From Campylobacterales bacterium (lineage in GTDB: Bacteria; Campylobacterota; Campylobacteria; Campylobacterales; Sulfurimonadaceae), in contig JBBRBK010000001.1 in the NCBI GenBank assembly GCA_038205935.1, positions 1 through 64,000 on the forward strand: a DNA stretch of 64,000 nucleotides, given 5' to 3'. Below, piece by piece: positions 1-9,911 of the stretch (position 1 is the first letter of the stretch; every line of letters begins with the position of its first letter). The notes beneath the pieces are model-generated. The model saw nothing but the letters and a program-made list of their open reading frames with translations. It was not told where the DNA came from and did no database searches. Made by a program: the position numbers and the translations under genes.

Positions 1-426
1 CATTTTACTGTAGCTATCAAGATTAATTTCACCATCATCTTTGATATAATCAACGCCATTTACTTTTAGAGTTACTTTTGGCAACTCTTTTTGTGCAGAT
101 AATGTATTTGAGATGGCACCCATGACATTTGATATGATCTCTTTTATGGCATCAATATCATCATCATTCATGTCTTCTTTACTCTCGCCCTCACCGCCAA
201 GCATCATATCGCCAAGCGCGGTAGCCAATACTGGAGAAACAGCAACCATTATTTTAGCTTCTATGTCGCCAGTAACACTAATTTTCACCAAAGCTATCGG
301 AGGAATAATATTAGAGATAATAGAAATATTTTCTTCTTCTTTTTTTATTAATGATGGAGCCTGACCGATTAAACTCTCAATAGTTGCTACAGTTTCACGC
401 TCAAATAGTTTAATAAACTCTTCCAT
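1..426 (-). CDS. fliY: Flagellar motor switch protein FliY (5' part; runs off the window)
   Basis: Manual translation from ATG at 426: MEEFIKLFERETVATIESLIGQAP...ALGDMMLGGEGESKEDMNDDDIDAIKEIISNVMGAIS; directly downstream of fliM as in Campylobacter. Confidence 0.85.
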   Translation of the reverse strand, partial: MEEFIKLFERETVATIESLIGQAPSLIKKEEENISIISNIIPPIALVKISVTGDIEAKIMVAVSPVLATALGDMMLGGEGESKEDMNDDDIDAIKEIISNVMGAISNTLSAQKELPKVTLKVNGVDYIKDDGEINLDSYSKM

Positions 427-430
427 CTAA

Positions 431-1522
431 TCAATCCTCATATTCATTATCATCATCTTCATGTATGATATCTTTTGCACCGCTTATTTTAGCTTTGCGT
501 TGTCTTTCCAGATTTTCCAAAGTACGTTTGACTGAATCTTTTTCAGTATGAACTATTTCAGTAACTTGAATAGATTTTCTGAATCTTCTCAAACCTATTT
601 CACCCTTAAATCTGACTTTTCCATCAACTGACAGTGAGACTATATCGTTTGCATCCGTATTTAAACGTATGATATCTCCGATTTTCAGATCAAGCACTTC
701 TCTCATATCTAGCTCAGCAGAGCCCAAATTTGCTTCTACATTCACTTGAGCACCACCAAGCAAAACTTGAAGTTCTTGGTTTCTACTCTTTTTAGAACTC
801 GTTTCATTAAGCATCAAATCTCGACTAGCAAGTTTTGGTAACACTGGTTCAAGCGATATTACCGGATAACAAATATTCATCATTCCCGAACTATGTCCGA
901 TAATAATCTCCATAACGACCATTACAACGATCTCATTTTGTGCAACGATCTGAACGACATTAGGACTGGATTCTTTTGATTCTATATTTGGATACAGATC
1001 TGTTACAGGGCCCCAAGCTTCTTTGAGCGTTGACATCATAACTCTCAAAATAGTTTCAAAAAGGCTAAGTTCTATGTCTGAAAATTCTCTTGTTGTTTCA
1101 AAAGGTTCCCCTTTTCCGCCAAGAAGTCTATCAAGCATCGGAAAAGCGATAGAAGGATTGATCTCTAAAATACCGTTTCCTTCAAGAGGTTTCATTGAAA
1201 AAACATTGAAACTTGTCGGATTTGGCAAAGACATCAAAAACTCACCATAGGTCATTTGATCGACTGAATGAAGCTGAATTTCTACTATCGAGCGCATAAT
1301 TGAAGAGATTTGTGAAGAGAGTGAACGCGCCATTTTGTCATGAATACCACGAAATGCACGTAGTTGTTCTTTTGAAACACGGTTTGGACGTTTGAAATCA
1401 TAGAGTGTTATTTGACGCTGTGAATATCCGTCCTCACTTCCACTCTCTTCTAAAGACTCTTCACCCTCATCTACGACGTCGAGGAGAGCGTCTATCTCTT
1501 CTTGTGAAAGTATATCTGCCAT
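431..1522 (-). CDS. fliM: Flagellar motor switch protein FliM
   Basis: MADILSQEEIDALL CheY-binding N-terminus; YDFKRPNRVSKEQLR motif. Confidence 0.97.
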   Translation of the reverse strand: MADILSQEEIDALLDVVDEGEESLEESGSEDGYSQRQITLYDFKRPNRVSKEQLRAFRGIHDKMARSLSSQISSIMRSIVEIQLHSVDQMTYGEFLMSLPNPTSFNVFSMKPLEGNGILEINPSIAFPMLDRLLGGKGEPFETTREFSDIELSLFETILRVMMSTLKEAWGPVTDLYPNIESKESSPNVVQIVAQNEIVVMVVMEIIIGHSSGMMNICYPVISLEPVLPKLASRDLMLNETSSKKSRNQELQVLLGGAQVNVEANLGSAELDMREVLDLKIGDIIRLNTDANDIVSLSVDGKVRFKGEIGLRRFRKSIQVTEIVHTEKDSVKRTLENLERQRKAKISGAKDIIHEDDDNEYED

Positions 1523-1523
1523 A

Positions 1524-2210
1524 TTATGCTCCTACACTCTCTTTTATTTTTAAAATAACTGACTTATGAATTTGTGAAATCCTTGATTCGGTAATATCTA
1601 AAATCGCACTGATCTCTTTGAGTGTCAACTCTTCAAAGTAATACAACTGAATCACCATCTGTTCGCGTTCACTATAAGTTGATAAAATCTCTTCTATAAG
1701 CTCAACAAGCTGCTCTTTTTCGATTTTATCCAAGGTCTCAGTCGCATCGTTATCATTAAAATGATCATCAAGCGGCATAACTGTATAAATAGCCGATGCA
1801 ATCCGTGCTTCATGGATTTTTTCTTCGCTCTCGCCTTCGATCATCTGTGCGAGCTCTGTATCTGTAGGCTCTGCGGCATGTGTTAAAAGATACTCTTCAA
1901 CCAAATAATCTATTCGCTTTACAAGTTTTCTACTTGCACGGCTTAAAACGTCCAAAGATCTGAGATAATCCAGCATTGCACCGTAAACTCTCGTTTTGGC
2001 GTATCCCCAAAAAGAATCATTTTGAGCCTCATCATATCTACGCGCTAATTTTACCAACTCTTCTGTTCCTATGGCATTAAGATCCATATAATCTACAGAA
2101 CTAGGTAATCTTTCTTTGAGTCTAAAAGCCATAGCCTTCACTGCTGGAAGGTATTGGATGGCTAATTCATCCTCTTTATGTTTGAGTTCATTTGCATAAG
2201 CAGTTATCAT
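1524..2210 (-). CDS. fliA: RNA polymerase sigma-28 factor FliA
   Basis: GAMLDYLRSLD region 2 and LYYFEELTLKEI...ESRISQIH region 4 motifs. Confidence 0.96.
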   Translation of the reverse strand: MITAYANELKHKEDELAIQYLPAVKAMAFRLKERLPSSVDYMDLNAIGTEELVKLARRYDEAQNDSFWGYAKTRVYGAMLDYLRSLDVLSRASRKLVKRIDYLVEEYLLTHAAEPTDTELAQMIEGESEEKIHEARIASAIYTVMPLDDHFNDNDATETLDKIEKEQLVELIEEILSTYSEREQMVIQLYYFEELTLKEISAILDITESRISQIHKSVILKIKESVGA

Positions 2211-2542
2211 GCAGCAGCCTTCACGTTATCCTGAGTGTTCATCTTAATAGCGGCATCTGTGATCTTATGTGCCGAATCGATTACTTTTTCTCTTTTATTT
2301 ATCTCTTTTACAATGCGGTCAAGGTCAGATTCATGTCTATTTTTTGCAAAATTATAAGTTTTAATACTGAGCGTTCTGAAATAAAATCCTACCACAAGAT
2401 GTGAGAATAGATAAAAGAAGATTGTAATTAAAAAGGTATATGAAAGCAAACCATCTGCACTATTTGACTTTAACAATCCAAAAATAACTCCGACAAAGAA
2501 TCCCTGAACTGTAAAAAAAGAGACAAAATTTGGTGCTAACAT
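2207..2542 (-). CDS. Conserved small membrane protein between flhG and fliA (Cj0062c-like)
   Basis: Two hydrophobic segments; NFVSFFTVQGFFVG N-terminus; conserved position in Campylobacterota flagellar operons. Confidence 0.75.
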   Translation of the reverse strand: MLAPNFVSFFTVQGFFVGVIFGLLKSNSADGLLSYTFLITIFFYLFSHLVVGFYFRTLSIKTYNFAKNRHESDLDRIVKEINKREKVIDSAHKITDAAIKMNTQDNVKAAA

Positions 2543-2565
2543 AAATAAGTACCCCTTTTTAAAAA

Positions 2566-3441
2566 TTAAAAATGTTGCATTAAACGTCTTAAAAGTCCCG
2601 TTAATCCACTCTCTGTGGAAGAAACTAGCACATTTCGTTCCAGATTCTTCGCAATTTCCTGAGCTATGAGTTCAAGATCTATCACGGGTTGAGAACCTTG
2701 TGAAACAACACTCACAAGCTCTCTTTGCTTCACTGACATCGAAACTCTGCTATCTGAGTTTACTTTGCCAAGAAGTGTTAAGTTTAAATCATCTCTAATA
2801 TTTGAATGAGCGACTTTTTTTATCTTGTTAAAGACTGCCAGAGCTTCTGATTCTCCACGCACTTGATTCATAATCATCGAGATATCATTACGCATCGTCG
2901 CTATTGTTTTTATAGTCGCATAAGCGTCCGTAATCGCCGCTGGATCAGGAACAGTTACAACAATCACATCATCAGCAGCTTTTAAAAACATCTGAATATG
3001 CTCGCCAATTCCAGCACCTGTATCTATGATCATAACATCAAGTTTATCTAAAATCTCAGCTTCTTGCATAAATCTCGCAAAAAGTGCTTCATCCGCGTAC
3101 TTTAAAATTTCGTCTCCGCTATCTCCGGGAATCAAAATAAGATTTCTAGTAATTGGGATAAGAATATCTGATACTTTTGCTTCACCTTTGAGTACATGTA
3201 AGATATTTTTCTTGATCTTAACATTAAACATGACATCGAGATTTGCAAGACCAATATCTGCATCAAAAATTCCAACATTAATACCGTTTTGAGACAAAAT
3301 ATAAGCAAGGTTAGAACTGATTGTGCTTTTCCCAACTCCACCTTTACCACTTGTAATAGCAACAAATCTTGTCTTTTTAGATTTTTTTGCAGACGATGTT
3401 GCTATGAGCTGTTCTAATTTTTCAGCCTGATGCCCGATCAT
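2566..3441 (-). CDS. flhG: MinD/ParA-family ATPase FlhG (flagellar number regulator)
   Basis: TSGKGGVGKS deviant Walker A; DADIGLANLD; follows flhF. Confidence 0.95.
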   Translation of the reverse strand: MIGHQAEKLEQLIATSSAKKSKKTRFVAITSGKGGVGKSTISSNLAYILSQNGINVGIFDADIGLANLDVMFNVKIKKNILHVLKGEAKVSDILIPITRNLILIPGDSGDEILKYADEALFARFMQEAEILDKLDVMIIDTGAGIGEHIQMFLKAADDVIVVTVPDPAAITDAYATIKTIATMRNDISMIMNQVRGESEALAVFNKIKKVAHSNIRDDLNLTLLGKVNSDSRVSMSVKQRELVSVVSQGSQPVIDLELIAQEIAKNLERNVLVSSTESGLTGLLRRLMQHF

Positions 3442-4709
3442 AGCTTGCTCCTGTTAAAACCATGGAGTAAACATTCCACTAAGAAATCGCTATTTGCGAC
3501 GATCAAATCCTCTGGAACTTCTTGCCCAACAGAAAAATAACTGATAGGTTTTTTCGTTTCATAAACAAGAGAAAAAATATTTCCAAATCCTCTCGTTTCA
3601 TCGAGCTTAGTAAACATCATCGTATCGACATCAAGAGGTTCAAAATTATCATAGGTAGCTTTTAAATCCTCATATTTTATAGAACTTGGCATCACCAGAA
3701 CTACATCAATACTAAACTCTGTCGTATTAGAATTAAGACATTCATATATTTTCTCTATTTTATTCTTATCATAAGGACTTGAGCCCATCGTATCGATTAA
3801 AATATAATCACAATAGCGAAGAGAGTTCAGCGCACTAGAAAATTCTGGAGGGTCCACGACAGTTTCGATGCCCAGTTTCATCATCCTTGCATACTGCATT
3901 AGCTGCTCGACTGCTCCAATTCTGTAAGTATCCAAAACAACAAGACCAACTTTGTATCTTTTTTCCATTAAGTACGAATAACGAGCCGCAAGTTTTGCAA
4001 TGGAAGTAGTTTTTCCAACACCAGTGGGACCTACAAGCATAATCACCTTTTTTGTCTCAGATGTTGGCAATGTTTCCATTCTAACAGGAACCATTTTTCG
4101 TAAAATAGATTTAAAATAACGTTTTACAGTTTCAGAATTTTCTCTCATTTTCAGTGGCATGTGTTCTAAACTTAGATGCATCATCTCATCAAGATGCTCT
4201 TTATTCATACCGCTCTCAAATGCCATCTTATAAATCTCTGCAAACTCTGGTGGAATAGCACGGTCAAGATTTGGTGAGCGTTCTTGCCAAAACATATTTT
4301 GGATAAGTTTGACTCTGTCTCCAAGTTTTGAAAGTTCTGTTTTTATATCATTTAACTCTTTTGGTTGTGCTACTTCAGTTACTACAGCTTTATTTTTTTC
4401 ATACGTTTCGCTATTGCTGACTTTTGCAATTTCTGAGATCTGTCTTGCGGCTTTTGAGATATTATAAAACACATCTTCACTCTCTTGCTTTACAGGTTTT
4501 TGCATCTCAAGCGGTCTCTGCTTTGGCCTTGGTGGAGTTTTCATCTCTTTTTCATCGACAGCAACAACTATCTCATAGAGAGGTTCTTTTCCTAAAGCTT
4601 TTTTTTGGATCTCTCTTGTTTCAATAAGCATCGCATCTTCGCCAACTGCGGCTTGTGCTTTTTTGAGTGCTTCTGTGGGTGTTTTTCCACTAAATGTTAA
4701 AATCTTCAT
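3438..4709 (-). CDS. flhF: Flagellar biosynthesis SRP-type GTPase FlhF
   Basis: GPTGVGKTT, DTYRIGAVEQL and TKLDET motifs; start moved to ATG 4709 (MKILTF), which overlaps the folK stop as ATGA. Confidence 0.95.
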   Translation of the reverse strand: MKILTFSGKTPTEALKKAQAAVGEDAMLIETREIQKKALGKEPLYEIVVAVDEKEMKTPPRPKQRPLEMQKPVKQESEDVFYNISKAARQISEIAKVSNSETYEKNKAVVTEVAQPKELNDIKTELSKLGDRVKLIQNMFWQERSPNLDRAIPPEFAEIYKMAFESGMNKEHLDEMMHLSLEHMPLKMRENSETVKRYFKSILRKMVPVRMETLPTSETKKVIMLVGPTGVGKTTSIAKLAARYSYLMEKRYKVGLVVLDTYRIGAVEQLMQYARMMKLGIETVVDPPEFSSALNSLRYCDYILIDTMGSSPYDKNKIEKIYECLNSNTTEFSIDVVLVMPSSIKYEDLKATYDNFEPLDVDTMMFTKLDETRGFGNIFSLVYETKKPISYFSVGQEVPEDLIVANSDFLVECLLHGFNRSKL

Positions 4710-5194
4710 CTTTTTATACTTGATAATGGAATAAGCACGCTCTCTCTTTTCATCCACTGCGGATGTGGAACTTTTAGGGATGAAGTATCGATAACACGGT
4801 TGTCAAAAAATAAAATATCCAAATCTAAAGTCCTTGGCGCATTTGCGAAACTGCGCTTTCTTGAAAATCTTTTCTCCAAACGCATCAAAAAGTCAAGAAA
4901 AACTTTCGGTTGCATTGAAGTTGCCAAAACTATCACAGAGTTTAAAAAATCATCCTGAGCAGCGTATCCAAAAGGAGGATTTTTTAAAATCGGCGCAGTT
5001 CGTAAAATCTCTACTCGTTTATCTGCTTGAAGTTTAAAAAAAAGATGATGAAATCTTCTTAAGACATCACCAACATTGCCACCGATCCCTATCGTTACTT
5101 GATAACGATGAGTCGATGACTGCACTTTTTTATAAGCAAAACATGTTGTAGTGATTAACATTAAGCTTTCACTTAAAACACGTTTTTTGATCAT
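4706..5194 (-). CDS. folK: 2-amino-4-hydroxy-6-hydroxymethyldihydropteridine diphosphokinase
   Basis: IGIGGNVG, QDDFLN, PRTLDLDIL and VPHP motifs. Confidence 0.93.
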   Translation of the reverse strand: MIKKRVLSESLMLITTTCFAYKKVQSSTHRYQVTIGIGGNVGDVLRRFHHLFFKLQADKRVEILRTAPILKNPPFGYAAQDDFLNSVIVLATSMQPKVFLDFLMRLEKRFSRKRSFANAPRTLDLDILFFDNRVIDTSSLKVPHPQWMKRESVLIPLSSIKR

Positions 5195-5195
5195 T

Positions 5196-5681
5196 TTATG
5201 CCTGTGTATTTTCTTGATGCGTTCTTTGCGCTTCTTGCATCGCTCTTAGTTCATTGAAAAGTTGTAGCATTCCGACCATTGCAAGGTGATAACCAAAAGG
5301 TCCAAAACCAATGAGTGAAGAAGTACATACTGGAGCTATTAAGTTCTTTTGACGGAAATCTTCACGACGGTAAGTGTTAGAGATATGCACTTCAATAGTT
5401 GGGATAGAAACCGCGCTGATCGCATCACGAATAGCAATAGAAGTGTGAGTATAAGCTGCAGGATTGATGATAATACCATCCGCGTCGCCATAACACTCTT
5501 GGATTCTGTCTACAAGTTCACCCTCTAAGTTACTTTGAAAAAATTCAATTTCAATACCGTTTTGTTCTGCAACATCTTTCATTTGAGCGTGGATATGTTC
5601 AAGTTTCATTGGTCCGTAAAACTGTTGTTCACGTACGCCTAACATGTTGAGATTTGGACCTTGGATCACTACAACTTTCAT
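5196..5681 (-). CDS. aroQ: Type II 3-dehydroquinate dehydratase
   Basis: [26 protein letters not shown] and EVHISN motifs. Confidence 0.96.
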   Translation of the reverse strand: MKVVVIQGPNLNMLGVREQQFYGPMKLEHIHAQMKDVAEQNGIEIEFFQSNLEGELVDRIQECYGDADGIIINPAAYTHTSIAIRDAISAVSIPTIEVHISNTYRREDFRQKNLIAPVCTSSLIGFGPFGYHLAMVGMLQLFNELRAMQEAQRTHQENTQA

Positions 5682-5775
5682 TTTCGACCTTTTTTAATGT
5701 AAATAGTTTAATTAAGCGCCAATTTTATCAAAATTATGCATAATCTATTTTAAAATGTACTATAAAAGAGTAAAT

Positions 5776-6996
5776 GTGAAAATTATAAATCCAAATTATA
5801 TCTATCAAGATGGTTTCATCTTAGAAAATCAAGCAATTGCCTTTGAAAAAAGCATCATTAAAATTGCTTCTCTAGCGGAGTTGACAAAGCTTTTTCCAGC
5901 TGCAGAGCTTATAACACTGCCAACAAACTCTCTCATTATGCCCGGGCTTATCAACGCGCATGTGCATCTTGAATTTAGTGCCAACAAAGAAACCTTAGAA
6001 TATGGAGATTTCTTGCAATGGCTCTACAGTGTCATAGGAAACCGTGATGAACTTATAAGTTCTTGTGACACTACATGTATGAAAAAAGCGGCGCAGATGA
6101 TGCTCGAATCTGGTATTACCACTTATGGAGCGGTGAGTTCTTATGGGATGGATCTTGATGCGGCTGCTTCTTCGGCTCAAAATGTCGTCTTTTTCAATGA
6201 ACTCATAGGTTCTCAAGCGACAATGGCTGATCCATTATTTAATGATTTTACAGCCCGTCTTGATGCGTCCAAATCCATAAAACGTGAAGGATTTTACCCA
6301 GCAGTCGCCATTCACTCACCCTACTCTGTGCATCCAATTTTAATAAAACAAGCTCTAGAGATAGTAAAAAATGAAAAGTTACCTCTTTCTGCTCATTTCT
6401 TGGAAAGTCCAGCTGAAAAAGAGTGGCTCGAACAAAGCGAGGGAGATTTCAAAAAGTTTTTTGTTGATTTTTTAAAACAAGAAAAAGCCGTTTCAGATAC
6501 TAAAGAGTTTCTAAGTAATTTTACAGATGTTCCAACACTTATGACTCACGTCGTTCAAGCTGGCAAGGAGGAACTCGAGATTCTTTCTAAGTCAAAGCAC
6601 ACAGTTATCCATTGTCCTATTTCAAACCGTCTTCTAGGAAATGGAGCCATCGATCTTGCAGAGCTTGATAAACACAATATCCGTTGGATTTGTGCAACTG
6701 ATGGTCTGAGTTCAAACTACACACTCAATCTTTTTGAAGAGATGAAAATCGCTCTTTTTATGCACCACGGAGCCGATCTTTTAACCCTTGCTAAAAGACT
6801 TTTACAAAGTGTGACTAAAGATGCCGCTGAGGCGCTCGGACTGAGTACGGGCGAAATTAAAGAGGGGAAAAATAGTGATATGCTAGTTTTAGAGCTTACA
6901 TCTAAGCCAAATGAACAACTTCCGTTGCATTTACTCTTGCATGGATATAATATCTCCAAAATATACATTAACGGAAAACAGGTCCAAGGAGAGTAG
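5776..6996 (+). CDS. mqnF: Metal-dependent amidohydrolase, aminofutalosine deaminase family
   Basis: PGLINAHVHLEF, AIHSPYSVHP, HCPISNRLL and TDGLSSN motifs; divergent from aroQ as in Campylobacter; GTG start at 5776 preferred over ATG 5755. Confidence 0.8.
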   Translation: MKIINPNYIYQDGFILENQAIAFEKSIIKIASLAELTKLFPAAELITLPTNSLIMPGLINAHVHLEFSANKETLEYGDFLQWLYSVIGNRDELISSCDTTCMKKAAQMMLESGITTYGAVSSYGMDLDAAASSAQNVVFFNELIGSQATMADPLFNDFTARLDASKSIKREGFYPAVAIHSPYSVHPILIKQALEIVKNEKLPLSAHFLESPAEKEWLEQSEGDFKKFFVDFLKQEKAVSDTKEFLSNFTDVPTLMTHVVQAGKEELEILSKSKHTVIHCPISNRLLGNGAIDLAELDKHNIRWICATDGLSSNYTLNLFEEMKIALFMHHGADLLTLAKRLLQSVTKDAAEALGLSTGEIKEGKNSDMLVLELTSKPNEQLPLHLLLHGYNISKIYINGKQVQGE

Positions 6997-7866
6997 ATGG
7001 AAAGATTGAAAAAACTATTATACCCCATAACAGCGCCCATAGAGTTTATTCAAAATCATTTTAAAGCGATGGTTTTTTTGCTTATCGTGGTTTTGATCTT
7101 TATGCCAAGCGATGATGCATCTTTGATGCCGCACAACTTAGAGAAAATCTCATTGGCTGGACCAATTATGGATGTCACTGAAGTGGTTAAAAAGCTTGAT
7201 GATGCGCGTTTAAATGATAAAGTAAAAGGAGTTTTACTTGTTGTTGATTCTCCAGGTGGAGCGGTTGCGCCTTCTATCGAAGTCTCCTACGCAGTTAAAC
7301 GCCTCAAAGCAGTAAAACCCGTCGTTGCTTACGCAAGCGGAACGATCGCAAGCGGAAGCTATTACTCTTCTATTTGGGCGACTGAAATCGTTGCAAATCC
7401 TGGAAGCATGGTTGGAAGTATCGGTGTGATTATGGAAGGAGCAGATTTGAGTGGGATTATGCAAAAGATTGGTATAAAAACACAAGTGGTCTCCGCTGGT
7501 AAATATAAACAACTTGGTACATCTGATCGTGAATGGCTTCCATATGAGAAAGAGGAGCTTAACAAAGTAATTAAAGGCACCTACAATATGTTTGTTGCAG
7601 ATGTCGCTAGTGCAAGAAAACTCAAAATCGAAGATGCGCCAAACTTTGCAAATGCACATATTTTTACTGCTTCTCAAGCCAAAGCTGTCGGCCTTGTTGA
7701 TAAGCTCGGGGTGAGTTATGACGCAGAAAATGATCTTATAAAGCTTTCTGGTGTTAAAGAAGCTGTTTGGAACAAAGAAGATCCAATGGATAAGTTTATA
7801 AAAAAGCTCACAGCACAAACGGCGGTGACTTTAAATACCTACTTTCCAGCACTTTCTTTAAGATAA
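6997..7866 (+). CDS. sppA: Signal peptide peptidase SppA (S49)
   Basis: DSPGGAV, ASGSYY and GSIGVI motifs. Confidence 0.93.
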   Translation: MERLKKLLYPITAPIEFIQNHFKAMVFLLIVVLIFMPSDDASLMPHNLEKISLAGPIMDVTEVVKKLDDARLNDKVKGVLLVVDSPGGAVAPSIEVSYAVKRLKAVKPVVAYASGTIASGSYYSSIWATEIVANPGSMVGSIGVIMEGADLSGIMQKIGIKTQVVSAGKYKQLGTSDREWLPYEKEELNKVIKGTYNMFVADVASARKLKIEDAPNFANAHIFTASQAKAVGLVDKLGVSYDAENDLIKLSGVKEAVWNKEDPMDKFIKKLTAQTAVTLNTYFPALSLR

Positions 7867-7874
7867 ATAACTCT

Positions 7875-7903
7875 TACATGTAAGGCTTTTTTCCTTACAT
7901 GTA
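7875..7903. terminator. Hairpin between convergent sppA and xseA built from two copies of the iterated palindrome
   Basis: TACATGTAAGG-CTTTTTT-CCTTACATGTA: 11-bp perfect stem, 7-nt loop, just after the sppA stop. Confidence 0.6.
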
Positions 7904-7935
7904 CGCATTAAAACTCTTTTATTTTTATAACTCTA

Positions 7936-9186
7936 TCAATAAACTTGGATACTTAGCACTTTTGAAGTGACTTTCATCTTTTCGTTCATCAGCTCAAAAC
8001 TTTCCTCTACATGTAAAGCCTCAAGAGATATGACTTTACCATCTTTGCTAATCTGTGCAAAACCAGAAACCACTCTATTTTTTGGATTGTTCGCGATAAG
8101 ATTTTCTCTGATTGTATTCATTCTGTTTTGTTTTTGAGAAAAAATTGTTTGTATTTGATGAGAAAGCCTACCATGCAAGGGTTCTATTCTCTCAAAAAAG
8201 TTTCTCATTTTGAATTCTATACTTTGTGAAAAACGCTCTTTTAACTGAGAGATCTCAGCTTTTTTTTGTTTTATCTGTTGCTCGATAGAATTTTGTTCAT
8301 ACAGCTTTTTGATATGCAGAAGCGCTTGAGAAGCGTTAAATATTTTTGAATTCATAGCATTATGATAGTTTTGAGAAAGTGAATCCAAAGTTTGATACAG
8401 CTCATTTGTATCGGGTAAGATCATCTCCATTGCGGCACTTGGCGTTGGCGCTCGAAGGTCTGCCACAAAATCGGAGATAAGATAATCTATCTCATGACCA
8501 ACCGCTGAAACAATCGGCGTACATGCAGCAAATATAGCATCCGCAACGATCTCTTCATTAAATGACCAAAGATCTTCTATACTTCCGCCACCACGACTGA
8601 GTACAATGATATCATAGCCTTTTGTATCGCTACCATGTAAGGCATCGACGATATTTTGTGCACTGTTATTGCCTTGCACCAAAACATCATAGATATCGAT
8701 CTCTAAAGCTTTATATCTATTATTTGCGACTCGAAGCATATCTTGAAGTGCCGCACCTGTTGCTGAAGTGATAAGTGCAATTTTTTTAGGAAATTTTGGA
8801 AGAGGCTTTTTTCGTGTCGGATCAAAATAACCCTTAGTTAAAAGTTTTTGTTTGAGCTGTTCATACGCAAGGGCGAGCGCGCCTTGACCTGAGGGTTCTA
8901 TCATAAAGCAGTTTATCTGGTACTCGCCTCTTGGCGTATACACGCTCACAGCGCCATCTACGAGCACTTTGAGTCCCTCTTCAAGTCGAAATTTGAGCTT
9001 ACTCGCGTTGCCTTTAAACATTACGCCTTTAATCGAAGAGTCTTTGTCTTTGAGCGTAAAATAGACATGTCCGCTGTTATGATGTGTGATGCGAGAGAGT
9101 TCACCCTCAACAAAAACACGTACAAAACTGCTTTCTATAAGCGTTTTGATCTGCTCGTTGAGTGAAGAAACGCTAAGCGTGTGCAT
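7936..9186 (-). CDS. xseA: Exodeoxyribonuclease VII large subunit
   Basis: SGHVYFTLKD, RGGGSIEDLWSFN and DLRAPTPSAA motifs. Confidence 0.96.
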   Translation of the reverse strand: MHTLSVSSLNEQIKTLIESSFVRVFVEGELSRITHHNSGHVYFTLKDKDSSIKGVMFKGNASKLKFRLEEGLKVLVDGAVSVYTPRGEYQINCFMIEPSGQGALALAYEQLKQKLLTKGYFDPTRKKPLPKFPKKIALITSATGAALQDMLRVANNRYKALEIDIYDVLVQGNNSAQNIVDALHGSDTKGYDIIVLSRGGGSIEDLWSFNEEIVADAIFAACTPIVSAVGHEIDYLISDFVADLRAPTPSAAMEMILPDTNELYQTLDSLSQNYHNAMNSKIFNASQALLHIKKLYEQNSIEQQIKQKKAEISQLKERFSQSIEFKMRNFFERIEPLHGRLSHQIQTIFSQKQNRMNTIRENLIANNPKNRVVSGFAQISKDGKVISLEALHVEESFELMNEKMKVTSKVLSIQVY

Positions 9187-9897
9187 CTATTTTTTTCGCG
9201 CGATAATGAGTGTGGAGATATCCATAGAGAAGCTTTTTGTATAAAGGATCTCAAAACCTGCATCTATAAGTTCATTTTGCATATTTTCTACCGTGGAAAA
9301 TGTCTCAATGGAGTTTGGAAGATACTCATACGCTTCAAGATTTTTGGAGATAAAACCGCCTACTTTTGGCAAAATTTTATTCATATAATAATCTCTGACT
9401 TTGCCTAAAGCGGAAGGATTTTCATTTTTCATAAATTCTAGTATTACAACAAGACCGCTTGGTTTTAATACACGATTAAACTCTTCTAAGGCTTCCACTC
9501 TTTGCACCACATTGCGAATTCCGTAAGTGATGCTGATGATATCTGCGCTCTCATCAGCTAAGGGAATTTCTGTTGCTTTTGCCGTGTGATATTCATAATC
9601 TGGAAATTTTACTTTTGCAACATCGAGCATCCCGTTTGATGGATCAACGCCAACGATTTTACCAATCGCAACACCGCAAACAAGGGCTTGTTTGCGCCAG
9701 TAATCCATCATATCCCCAGTTCCACATGCAACATCGACGATCACATCAACATTGTTGCCACGGTTATAATCATATGCCAAGTTACAAGCTTTTTTTCTCC
9801 AGCTGCGATCCACGCCCATACTCATAACACGATTTGCCGTGTCATATGTCGGTGCGATATCATCAAACATCGATACGATTTTTTCCTGTTTTTCCAT
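9187..9897 (-). CDS. ubiE: Demethylmenaquinone methyltransferase UbiE/MenG
   Basis: MFDDIAPTYDTANRVMS, DVACGTGD and AYEYLPNSI motifs; ATG 9897 preferred by RBS spacing. Confidence 0.93.
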   Translation of the reverse strand: MEKQEKIVSMFDDIAPTYDTANRVMSMGVDRSWRKKACNLAYDYNRGNNVDVIVDVACGTGDMMDYWRKQALVCGVAIGKIVGVDPSNGMLDVAKVKFPDYEYHTAKATEIPLADESADIISITYGIRNVVQRVEALEEFNRVLKPSGLVVILEFMKNENPSALGKVRDYYMNKILPKVGGFISKNLEAYEYLPNSIETFSTVENMQNELIDAGFEILYTKSFSMDISTLIIARKK

Positions 9898-9911
9898 ACT
9901 CAAAACCTTAT

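Noticed and set aside
113..364. 83-aa plus-strand ORF from the ORF track
   Set aside because: Antisense to the real fliY frame (426 down to 1).
4710..4757. N-terminal extensions in the ORF track for flhF (and likewise nadC, nadA, bamA, mfd and the tsaB-like gene)
   Set aside because: Downstream starts give better RBS placement or stop/start overlaps and match family N-termini.
7234..7818. 194-aa minus-strand ORF
   Set aside because: It lies entirely antisense to sppA and has no recognisable motif; a shadow ORF.
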